IMG/VR virus record: IMGVR_UViG_3300037424_001372
Span: 140,837-204,836 of that record
Length of the DNA: 64,000 nucleotides
Source: a virus
Lineage: Duplodnaviria > Heunggongvirae > Uroviricota > Caudoviricetes
Strand: one strand, 5' to 3'
The translations under genes were made by a program, and so were the position numbers. Under the pieces are notes generated by a model that ran no database searches, was not told where the DNA came from, and was given only the letters and a program-made list of their open reading frames with translations. Of the stretch, positions 51,260 to 60,600 are shown piece by piece; within the stretch, counting starts at the first letter, position 1; the number at the start of each line of letters is the position of its first letter.

Positions 51260-51874
51260 ATGGGAAATTATATATGGTCGTTAGATATCAGTACAACAAA
51301 TATTGGTATGGCATTATGGGATGATAATGGTAATTTAATTGAATTAAAACATCTTGAACTTAAAACAGATAAGAATGTTGATGTTGAAAATAGGGAGATT
51401 TATAAAGCAGATATATTTAAAAATTATGTTTTAGAGTTTAAAGAACATGTGTTCAATGATCTAAATGGTAAAATAATTCATATTATTGTCGAAGAACCTC
51501 TAGGTGGAAGTAATAATGCAAATACGGTTTCATTGTTATATGGTTTTAATGGCATCTGTAGATATATTCTTTATTCAATATTTGATGTTTATCCTAAAAA
51601 AATAAGTGTTTATGATTCAAGGAAATTATTTTGTTCCGAATTGGTTCATGTTGAAAAGAAAAAGGGTGTGGAAGTAGAAGTTTTAAGTTTCCCTAAAGAA
51701 TATATTAAAGATAAAAAACTATATATTTGGGAAAAAGTATCTAAATTAGAACCTCAAATTGAATGGTTTTATAAGAAAGATAGTGACAAACCAAAAGATA
51801 TGTGTTTCGATATGTCGGATGCATATTGTACAGGTATGGCGGGGTTAAAAATGTTGGGTATTTTAAAAAGATAA
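51260..51874 (+). CDS. RuvC-like Holliday junction resolvase
   Basis: SLDISTTNIG, IIVEEPL, D..DAY acidic motifs. Confidence 0.8.
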   Translation: MGNYIWSLDISTTNIGMALWDDNGNLIELKHLELKTDKNVDVENREIYKADIFKNYVLEFKEHVFNDLNGKIIHIIVEEPLGGSNNANTVSLLYGFNGICRYILYSIFDVYPKKISVYDSRKLFCSELVHVEKKKGVEVEVLSFPKEYIKDKKLYIWEKVSKLEPQIEWFYKKDSDKPKDMCFDMSDAYCTGMAGLKMLGILKR

Positions 51875-51879
51875 AATAT

Positions 51880-52767
51880 ATGGGCAAAAGAATATATGAT
51901 TTAGATTTTTTTAAATTATTAGCAAATAATAAAAATGGTGAATGCTTATCCACCGAATATATTGCTTGTGATAAAAAATTAAAATTTAAATGTTCTTTGG
52001 GTCATGTTTGGGAAACGAAACCATATTATTTAGTTAATAATAATTCGTGGTGTCCACAATGCAACAAATCACATAAGGATAGTATTGAAACATTTCAAAA
52101 AATTGCTACTAAAAATGGTGGCGAATGTTTATCTGAAAAATATGTTAACTGTAGAACTAAATTAAGTTTTAAATGTAAAAAGGGACATGTTTGGAATGCA
52201 AAACCACATGATGTTAAATATTCCAAGTCATGGTGCCCAGTTTGTTCAAATTCAATTAAATTAACAATTGAAGAAATGCGAGAAATCGCAAATAAAAGGG
52301 GTGGTAAATGTTTATCTAATGAATACATTAATTCGCATACAAAATTATTATGGGAATGTAAATATGGTCATCAATGGGATGCGAAACCCTCTTGTATAAA
52401 GAATGATAATAAATGGTGTCCTATTTGTAGTGAATCTAAAGGTGAAAGAAGAATTAGAGAATATTTAATATTATATAATATTATTTTTGAAAGAGAGAAA
52501 AAATTTGATGAATGTAGAGGTAATAAGAACATGTTATCTTTTGATTTTCATATTCCCATTTTAAATACTTTAATAGAATATGATGGAAGACAACATTACG
52601 TTCCAGTTAATTTTTATAAATGTTCTGATGAACAAGCACAAAAAACTTTTAATGATTTAGTTAATAATGATAATATAAAAAATAATTTTTGTAAAGAAAA
52701 TAATATTCGATTGATAAGAATACCATATACAATTAATAATATTGAAGATTATTTAAAAAAAGCGTAG
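51880..52767 (+). CDS. Zinc-ribbon repeat protein with C-terminal PD-(D/E)xK/Vsr-like endonuclease (homing-endonuclease-like)
   Basis: Three G.CLS..Y....KL...C..GH.W......W CP.C repeats; SKGE, FDF, IEYDG.QH. Likely start ATG 51880. Confidence 0.8.
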   Translation: MGKRIYDLDFFKLLANNKNGECLSTEYIACDKKLKFKCSLGHVWETKPYYLVNNNSWCPQCNKSHKDSIETFQKIATKNGGECLSEKYVNCRTKLSFKCKKGHVWNAKPHDVKYSKSWCPVCSNSIKLTIEEMREIANKRGGKCLSNEYINSHTKLLWECKYGHQWDAKPSCIKNDNKWCPICSESKGERRIREYLILYNIIFEREKKFDECRGNKNMLSFDFHIPILNTLIEYDGRQHYVPVNFYKCSDEQAQKTFNDLVNNDNIKNNFCKENNIRLIRIPYTINNIEDYLKKA

Positions 52768-52776
52768 TTAATTTAA

Positions 52777-53085
52777 ATGAATGAGATATACTTAATTCAA
52801 AAACTAACTGACAGCACTTTCAAAATAGGCGTTTCAAAAAATCCTAAAAGAAGGATAAAATCAGTTCAAACTGGTAACGAAGGCAAATTAAAAATATTTT
52901 GCACATATCCATCTGAATACGCATATAAGATCGAAAAAACTTTACATAGGTTATATTCACATTGTAAATGTGAAGGTGAATGGTATAATATTTCATTGGT
53001 TGAAGCATATGATTTTAATAATATGTGTAAAAAAATTGAAGAATCTATAATTTTTTTAAAAAATAATGATAATATATTTATATAA
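52777..53085 (+). CDS. GIY-YIG (T5orf172/Mug113-like) nuclease
   Basis: IYLI, FKIGVSKNP..R.K..QTGN, E..LH, GEWY. Confidence 0.85.
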   Translation: MNEIYLIQKLTDSTFKIGVSKNPKRRIKSVQTGNEGKLKIFCTYPSEYAYKIEKTLHRLYSHCKCEGEWYNISLVEAYDFNNMCKKIEESIIFLKNNDNIFI

Positions 53086-53111
53086 TCCTTGTTATTTAAA
53101 CATGTTTAATT

Positions 53112-53119
53112 TATTTTTG
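53112..53119 (+). promoter_or_regulatory. Bacteroidota-type promoter -7 box
   Basis: TATTTTTG with CTTG at 53088-53091, 20-nt spacer. Confidence 0.55.
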
Positions 53120-53136
53120 ACGAAATAAATTGAAAA

Positions 53137-54633
53137 ATGGGAAATGAAAATTTAATGTCTTTTACATCAAAAAGAATTGATAGTGCTATTGAAGTTATTC
53201 AATATGCCATTAATAATAATGTCTCAGTAAGGGAAGCATCTTTAAAATGTGGTTTTTCTAATACATATGTTAAAAATATTAAAGCAATGGTTCATCATAA
53301 ATTTAATTGTGGTGAATTAAATATAATAATTTATAACAAATTTGATAAGATTTATCAGGAATATCTCTTAATGAGACAGGAAGTACCACAAACCCAATTA
53401 ACTGATAAGAATTCTAATAACAATAAGATATTAGAACCAAATAAACCAAAAGATATTCCGAATAATGGTAATCGTGAAAGTTTTAAGATAAATGGTAATC
53501 AGGGAGAATTTGAATGGGTTGGTGGTTCCAATTATCCAATAGACCATGTTCGAACACTTGATCAGTTATTATTAGCTTGTAAAGTTAATCGAGAAGAATG
53601 GCTGGTAAAAGATACAATAATTAATAAATGGGATATTACTAGTTGGAAATCAGGTGAACCTAAAACCGTTCAAAATTGGCAAGTAAAAGCAAGACTAGAA
53701 AGAAATAATCAATATGTTAAAGAAAGAGTTGTTGGTGAAATATTTCAGGAAATGACTCAAAATTATGTTCCACCAATTTTAAAATATAACACAATAAATC
53801 GACCACAAAAAAGTAGTGAAAATAATTTGTTAGAAATTTCTATTTTTGATCTACATATTGGTAAATTGGCATGGGCTGGTGAAACTTTTGAAAACTATGA
53901 TGTTAAAATTGCTCGTGAAAGATTTTTAACATCGATAATCACACTAATGCAACATGCTAGTGGATTTAATTATAATAGAATTTTGTTTCCTGTCGGTAGT
54001 GATTTTTTTAATTCAGATACAATTAATAATACCACAACAAGCGGAACACCTCAAGATGAAGACCTTCGTTGGCAAAAAACTTTCGATGTTGGCGTTAGGT
54101 TATTAATAGATGCAATTAATTTAATGAAACAAAACGGAGTTCCTATTGACATTGTAGTAATCCCCGGGAATCATGATTTTGAACGTAGTTATTATATGGG
54201 TAAATATTTGGAAGCATGGTTTAATAATGACGATACTGTAACAATTAATAATGGTGCTTCTCCACGTAAATATTATCGTTACGGTAATTTATTGTTAGGA
54301 TTGACACATGGTAGTGAGGAAAAAGAATCGTCATTGCCAATGTTGATGGCAACTGACATAGTGTCAAAACCGTTATGGAGCGTTACTAAATTTCATGAAT
54401 GGCATTTAGGTCATATTCATAGGAAAAGAATCGTACAATATGATATTAATAAATCAAGACTTTTAAATGAGGATTTAGGTGTTACTGTTAGATATTTATC
54501 CAGTCTTACTGGTACTGAAGAATGGCATCATAAAAAGGGGTTTATTGGTTCAACTAAAGCTGCAGATGCTTTCGTATGGAATTTTGATTATGGTTTAATA
54601 GCTCACTTGAATAGTAATTTAATATTAGAATAA
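53137..54633 (+). CDS. Calcineurin-like metallophosphoesterase with N-terminal extension
   Basis: DLHIG, GSD...D, GNHD, THG and GHIH motifs. Confidence 0.85.
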   Translation: MGNENLMSFTSKRIDSAIEVIQYAINNNVSVREASLKCGFSNTYVKNIKAMVHHKFNCGELNIIIYNKFDKIYQEYLLMRQEVPQTQLTDKNSNNNKILEPNKPKDIPNNGNRESFKINGNQGEFEWVGGSNYPIDHVRTLDQLLLACKVNREEWLVKDTIINKWDITSWKSGEPKTVQNWQVKARLERNNQYVKERVVGEIFQEMTQNYVPPILKYNTINRPQKSSENNLLEISIFDLHIGKLAWAGETFENYDVKIARERFLTSIITLMQHASGFNYNRILFPVGSDFFNSDTINNTTTSGTPQDEDLRWQKTFDVGVRLLIDAINLMKQNGVPIDIVVIPGNHDFERSYYMGKYLEAWFNNDDTVTINNGASPRKYYRYGNLLLGLTHGSEEKESSLPMLMATDIVSKPLWSVTKFHEWHLGHIHRKRIVQYDINKSRLLNEDLGVTVRYLSSLTGTEEWHHKKGFIGSTKAADAFVWNFDYGLIAHLNSNLILE

Positions 54634-54634
54634 T

Positions 54635-55186
54635 ATGACAATATCAAAGAAAAATTTAGTTGGTTTGGCTAAAAAAAATAAAAAACCAACTATAATACAA
54701 AAGAATGATGAAAAACCTGTAGAAAAAAATAAGTTAACTGCTACAGAAGAAAGAGATTTAAAAGCAAAGGAAACTGTTGAAAAATTATTAGCTAATTCCC
54801 CTATTATCACGCTTGATAAAAAAGAAGAACCTATTAAAATTGATTCAAAAGATGATATTGAAGAAGTTAGAGGGGTTGAATGGTTAGAAGAACAAGTTCT
54901 TTTGTTATCAGAAAAAAATAAATTACTCGAATCTGAATTAGTACTTACTAAAGAAGATTATATGAAATTGTATGATGAATATCATGGAAATAATGGTGAT
55001 GTTGATTATGCCGATAATAATGAAGTTAAAATTGGAATAATAAATTTATTTAATGAACTTCAAAACAATCACATTAAATTAGGTGTTAATGAACAAGGTT
55101 TGGGAAATTTTAGGATTTATTGCCCGGGATTTTTAAATCGTATGATAACGTTTTTTCCATTTTTGGAAGAAATTAAAAGATATTAA
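54635..55186 (+). CDS. Hypothetical coiled-coil protein
   Basis: 183-aa ORF. Confidence 0.6.
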   Translation: MTISKKNLVGLAKKNKKPTIIQKNDEKPVEKNKLTATEERDLKAKETVEKLLANSPIITLDKKEEPIKIDSKDDIEEVRGVEWLEEQVLLLSEKNKLLESELVLTKEDYMKLYDEYHGNNGDVDYADNNEVKIGIINLFNELQNNHIKLGVNEQGLGNFRIYCPGFLNRMITFFPFLEEIKRY

Positions 55187-55293
55187 TAATGATATTTTTA
55201 TGTTGATTATTTGATCATCGTTGAAAAATATAGATTCAATTGGATGTTAGCCAAAATAACATGTTCACATGTGGACGGAATAAAAAATGAAGA

Positions 55294-55341
55294 TAAAATG
55301 CCTTAAAACGTTTGTTTTAGGGCATTTTATTTATATATTTG
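55294..55341 (+). promoter_or_regulatory. Hairpin overlapping a Bacteroidota-type promoter (TTTG 55311-55314, TATATTTG 55334-55341)
   Basis: AAAATGCCTTAAAAC-GTTT-GTTTTAGGGCATTTT inverted repeat; canonical -33/-7 boxes with 19-nt spacer upstream of primase. Confidence 0.6.
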
Positions 55342-55383
55342 TCGTATGAAAAAAAATAAATGGATTGATAAAATGTTTATTAT

Positions 55384-56451
55384 ATGAATGCAATTCGGGG
55401 TCAAGAATTTCACTCAATAATTAAGAATGTTTTTGGTGACGTTAATGGATATTTGGAATCTGAGCAACTTCAGGTGAATTGTTTTCATTGTCAAGCACGT
55501 GATGGTCTTTCACATCCAGATGGTAAGTTTAATCTTGAAATTAACACATCTAAAAGAATGTTTAGATGTTGGAAATGTGATGAACCAAAGTTTAGTGGGT
55601 CTTTAGGTAGACTAATTAAAACTTTTGGTAGTCGTGTTGATTATGATATGTATAAATCATATGCCGGAATTTTTCACGATTATTTCATTAATGATGATGA
55701 AGATGACACTGAAATAATCGATATTAAACTTCCTGATGAAATGATATTATTTTCACAAATGGATTCTAGTAATCTCGAACATTTCGAAGCATATAACTAC
55801 TTAGTTCTTGAAAGAAAAATTACTCGTGATATTATATTGAAATTTAGAATTGGATTTTGTATTATCGGAAAATATGCTAAACGAATTATAATCCCATCTT
55901 ATAATGATAAGGGTGAACTGAATTATTTTATTGGAAGATATTACGGTAATGACCCTAAAATTAGAAAAAAATTGCCCTATCTTAATCCAAAAGTTGATAA
56001 AGATAAGATCATTTTTAATGAAGGTTTAATTAATTGGGATTCTACAGTATATTTGGTTGAAGGTGGTTTTGATATGCTATCGTTCCCAATTAACATCATA
56101 CCAATGTTAGGAAAAACAATTTCAACCACATTATTTTTAAAACTGCAAAAATTAAAACCACAAGTAGTTATTTTGCTTGACCCAGATGCTTATAAAAATA
56201 GTATTGAACTATTTTATACATTGAGTGCTATTTATATTGGCTATGAAGATAGGGTTAAAATCGTTAAACTTCCTAATAATGATGATATTGACGAGCTAAG
56301 AAAGTTTAGTGGTATTGATGAAGTCATTAAATGTTTATATCAAGCAAGAGGTCTAATGACAGAAGATTACTTTATACATAAGTTGGAAAATCCAAATGAT
56401 AAAAAATATGGTAGAAGATACGGAACTTATTCAGAATATTTTAAAAGGTAG
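55384..56451 (+). CDS. DNA primase (Zn finger plus TOPRIM)
   Basis: CFHC...CWKC zinc site, RIIIP, Y.N, VEGGFD, LLDPDA and D.DE motifs. Confidence 0.9.
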   Translation: MNAIRGQEFHSIIKNVFGDVNGYLESEQLQVNCFHCQARDGLSHPDGKFNLEINTSKRMFRCWKCDEPKFSGSLGRLIKTFGSRVDYDMYKSYAGIFHDYFINDDEDDTEIIDIKLPDEMILFSQMDSSNLEHFEAYNYLVLERKITRDIILKFRIGFCIIGKYAKRIIIPSYNDKGELNYFIGRYYGNDPKIRKKLPYLNPKVDKDKIIFNEGLINWDSTVYLVEGGFDMLSFPINIIPMLGKTISTTLFLKLQKLKPQVVILLDPDAYKNSIELFYTLSAIYIGYEDRVKIVKLPNNDDIDELRKFSGIDEVIKCLYQARGLMTEDYFIHKLENPNDKKYGRRYGTYSEYFKR

Positions 56452-56986
56452 TCCACAATCACAAAAAATATTATTTAATAAATATAAAAAAATTGTTAGA
56501 AATTTTATAAAAAATAAATATTCGGTATATTATGATATTGATGACGATGTTTCAGATATTATGATTAAGGTTTTTATGAATTTAGGTTCATTTGACATAA
56601 CCAAATCTAAATTTATTATATGGGTCATTACTATCACTAAAAACCATATGATCGATAAATGGAGAAATAATAATATCAACAATAATACCGTATGTTTATC
56701 TACTTTAGATAATAATATAAGCCATTCTAATATTAATATATTTGATAATAATGATGACTATACTAGCTATTTTACTGCAGACATAAATTTTGAAACAAAT
56801 AACTCTATAAATTATATCTCTCAACAATTAAGTGCACAAGACTATACCTTGCTCAATATGAAATATTTTCGAGGATATGATTATAATGAAATTGGTTTGG
56901 AATTTAATGTCAGCAGTAGCACTATATGCAATAGGGTTAATCACATCAAAACCAAATTAAAAAAAAATAAATCTAAAATAATATAA
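56408..56986 (+). CDS. ECF-type sigma-70 family RNA polymerase sigma factor
   Basis: D.ELI..IL.G...SQ..LF.KY, D..SD..IKVF.NL..FD..K..F..W...I..N..ID..R, and region 4 Y.EI...F.....T...R....K. Likely start ATG 56408. Confidence 0.9.
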   Translation: MVEDTELIQNILKGSPQSQKILFNKYKKIVRNFIKNKYSVYYDIDDDVSDIMIKVFMNLGSFDITKSKFIIWVITITKNHMIDKWRNNNINNNTVCLSTLDNNISHSNINIFDNNDDYTSYFTADINFETNNSINYISQQLSAQDYTLLNMKYFRGYDYNEIGLEFNVSSSTICNRVNHIKTKLKKNKSKII

Positions 56987-56987
56987 A

Positions 56988-57016
56988 AAAAAGGTGTCGA
57001 TTACAGACACCTTTTT
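56988..57016. terminator. Bidirectional intrinsic terminator
   Basis: AAAAAGGTGTC-GATTACA-GACACCTTTTT between the convergent sigma and Hsp20 genes. Confidence 0.8.
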
Positions 57017-57019
57017 AAT

Positions 57020-57430
57020 TTAATTAACTTGAATTTGTTTTTTATTCACCTTGTCAATCTGTTTAGGAATTTTAATTGTCAGAATACCCTCACTAAGTGC
57101 CGCATTAATATTATCTGAATCAATATTATCTGGTAATGTGAATTTTCTTTCATATTTACCAAAATATGATTGTTTACGATTAAAATTCAGATTTTCAATT
57201 TCGCTACGTTCTGCTTTAATCGTGAGAATATTTTTATCCACATCAATATTAATATCCTCTTTTTTTATACCCGCCAATAACATTTCGACCTGAAATTCAT
57301 TATCATTTTCAATAATGTCATGAATTGGTACTTTAGGTGATTTTTCATTGATTTTAGATTCTTCGATTGAATTATCAAAGAATGTTTCTAACACACTTAA
57401 TACATCTAAATTAGTACAAAATTTTATCAT
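57020..57430 (-). CDS. Hsp20/alpha-crystallin small heat-shock protein
   Basis: P..DI.E....F.VE..LAG..KEDI.I......L.I..E, YFGK.ER.FTLP..ID...I.A....GIL.I.IPK. Confidence 0.95.
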   Translation of the reverse strand: MIKFCTNLDVLSVLETFFDNSIEESKINEKSPKVPIHDIIENDNEFQVEMLLAGIKKEDINIDVDKNILTIKAERSEIENLNFNRKQSYFGKYERKFTLPDNIDSDNINAALSEGILTIKIPKQIDKVNKKQIQVN

Positions 57431-57470
57431 TTTATTAGTTTTTAATTATTAAATAATTTTCGATATAACG

Positions 57471-57487
57471 ATCAAATTAAATGCCAA
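57471..57487 (-). promoter_or_regulatory. Possible sigma54-like (-24/-12) promoter of hsp20
   Basis: Minus strand TTGGCATTTAATTTGAT vs consensus YTGGCACG.NNNTTGCW; AGACAAATTGACAG repeat just upstream. Confidence 0.35.
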
Positions 57488-57630
57488 CACCAAATTAACT
57501 GTCAATTTGTCTGGTTTATTGTTATTATATATGACAAAAAGTTTATTAAAAAAAACTTGCATATAATATGGTTTGTAAATATTGAGAAATGATGAAATTA
57601 TTTTCTCTTGCATATTCAGATGGTTTAATA

Positions 57631-57638
57631 TATTTTTG
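57631..57638 (+). promoter_or_regulatory. Bacteroidota-type promoter -7 box
   Basis: TATTTTTG with CTTG at 57607-57610, 20-nt spacer, upstream of ATG 57675. Confidence 0.55.
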
Positions 57639-57674
57639 TTGCATTATATGTTTAATTTAAATATTATTGGAAAT

Positions 57675-60600
57675 ATGAGTAATATTCGGACTATTATACA
57701 CATGAGTGATATTCACATTAGAAAAACGCCAAATAGAAATGAAGAATATCAATCGGTTTTTAAGAGAACAATAGAATCTATTAAATTGAAAAAACCTGAT
57801 AGAATTGTTATTGTTGGTGATTTAGTAAATGACTACCTTGACCTTCAAGGCGAACAGTTAATATTAGCACACGAATTTCTAAGGGAATTATCTAAAATAG
57901 CTCCTGTTAGAATAACAAGGGGCAACCACGATTGTTTTACTGGTGATCATGAAATTTTAACTAAAGAAGGTTGGACAACATTAAAAAATTATGTTGATTC
58001 TAATTGTAATTTAGAGGTATTGACATTTAACCCCAATAATGAACATTTCGAATTTCAACTTCCGTCTGAGAAAATAAAAAAAACTTTTAACGGTAATTTG
58101 AAACAATTTAAAACCGATAAGTGCGAATTTATAACAACCCCTAGTCACGAGATATTATTATATCAATATTCAAACAATAATTATGTAAAAAAATATGCGA
58201 ATTTTGTAGATTTGAATAAAGATTATCGAATCCCTTTACGTTCAAGAGAAATTATTAATGATTTTGATAAATGGTTTGAATTTCTTGGTTTTTGTTTGGC
58301 AGATGCCACATTTGTAATTAAAAACCAAAATACTATGAATGGGAGAGTCCAATTTCATTTTAAAAAGGAAAGAAAAATTAATTATTTATGTAAATTATTG
58401 GATGAGTTAAATATTCCATATAAATTACGGGATGGTGATAGAAAAAGAAATACGAAAGTAATATGTGTATATTCTCAACCAGCACGAAACGTAATGAAAT
58501 TTTTTAACTATAATAAAAAATTATCATATGACATGGGATTGATGAATTATTCCAAATATAAATTAAAATCATTTATTGATGGATATTTAAATGGTGATGG
58601 TTCATTGATTGAAAATAATAGATATGGATGTGTCAGTATATTTAATGAAAATGCTGAAATATTAACAACCATATCTAATTACGTTGGTTATTCAGGATAT
58701 GTTCAAGATTCAAATATTTTCGGAAATTATAAAAATTCGAAAAGACAATATTCTTTTTTTATTATTAAAAATAATGACTTAAAAACGACTCAAATAAATG
58801 AAATTAATGATATTCCATATAATGGAAATGTTTATTGTTTAACAGTTCCAAACGAAAATTTATTTGTTAGATATGAAGGAAGACCATTCATTACTGGCAA
58901 TTGTCGTAAGAAAAATTTAAAGAGAGTTGATAGTGTAAAAGCAATTGTTGAAACTCTTAGTGATTATGATATTAATTATTATGATAAAACAGGATTTTAT
59001 GATGATGATAATATTACTTGGGCTGTTTGGCATCATGGCGATGCTAAAAATAATCCTTGGAAAACTAAAACAGGTAAATCAATTTTAGCAAATCCTGAAC
59101 AGTATTTTACTATTGATTTATTTCATGACCCAATTAGTGGTTGTAGGTCAACAACTGATTTTGAAATGAAAAGTAGGTCATATTATAATATTAATGATTT
59201 TAATGGAAATTTATCTTTTTTTGGCGATATACATAATGCACAATTTTTAGATTCAAAACAAACTAAAGGATATTGTGGTTCTTTAATTGAACAAGATATT
59301 ACCGAAGGAGATGGTGCGTTTCATGGTTATTTTTTATGGGATGTCGAAAAATTAACTGCCGAATTAGTTCCAATAAAAAATGATTACACTCATCATAATA
59401 TTAAAATAACACCATATACTGATTTTGATGATTTGGATTTTGAAATTGAAAATCCTACAACTTTTATGAAAGTTAGATTTATCTGGGGGACACTTCCACA
59501 AACCCGTTCTAAAGAAAATGAAAGACGTGTTGTCGAATATATTAGATCAAAACATAAAAACGTTACAATATTACATAAAAATGATTTCATTGAAAGTGAA
59601 GAAATTGAAGTTAGTGAGAACATTAATTTAGAAAATATTGTTGATGATGCAGTACAACAAGAAATTTTTAAAGAATTTTTAACGAAGATTGGTACTGATG
59701 AACAAATGATTAATGATGTTCTTGCACTTGATGAAGAGGTTTTAAAAGAAATTAATATTGAAACAGAAACTAGTGTTGAATGGAATGTTATTAAGTTTGG
59801 CGGTACTAATTTCATGTCATACGCTAATTTAGATATCGATTGGCGCGATATGGATGGTTTATTTCAAATATGTGGCATTAATACTGCTGGAAAAACCACT
59901 ATTTTGAAAATAATTTCATATGCTTTGTTTGGAAAAACTCTTGAAACTGAAACCAGAGTTAAACATGGTGACATTCGTTTTATTAATAATCGTAATAATG
60001 CCAATCATTGTGATACTTATTTAGTGATTGAAGCAAATGATGAATACTATGGTATTAAGAGAAAAACCACTATCGAAAGAATGAAAGATGGTTCAATTAA
60101 AAGCGTACCAACTGTTCTTAATTATTATTTATTGGCTTCTCCTGATGATGAAATGAACGATAATAATGTTCTTGAAAAATTAGATGAAGATAAGAGGATT
60201 AAAACTCAGGGAAGTATTAATTCCATTATTGGTTCATATGATAATTTCATGAGGATTGTTATGACAACTTCAGATACACTAAATAGAATATTATCAAATG
60301 ATATGGCAGTTTTCATTGATTCATTGTTGTTTGATAGTGGATTAGATATTTTTGATAAAAAACTTGAGGGGTGGAAGGTTATTAATAAAAGAAATAACGA
60401 AAAATCACGTGTTAATTGCAATATTGAACAAACCTCAAATCAAAATGCAAACCTTCGTCATGAAATTGCTAATTTACAAACTGAAATTTCTGATATTGAA
60501 ACGATTAAAATACCTGATGTTCAACAAAGAATCGCTAATGGTCGTGAATTTGTTGAAAATTTAACAAAGAAGTTGTATGAAATTGATAATGAGATTTATA

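Noticed and set aside
51802-51879. Upstream starts given by the ORF track (39203, 43221, 51802, 56396, 57582)
   Set aside because: They overlap terminators, promoters or upstream genes; downstream starts (39236, 43269, 51880, 56408, 57675) fit the promoter spacing or domain boundaries better.
55187-55345. Small ORF or ncRNA between 54635 and primase
   Set aside because: The ~35-aa ORF has no motif; the only structure is the hairpin/promoter already listed.
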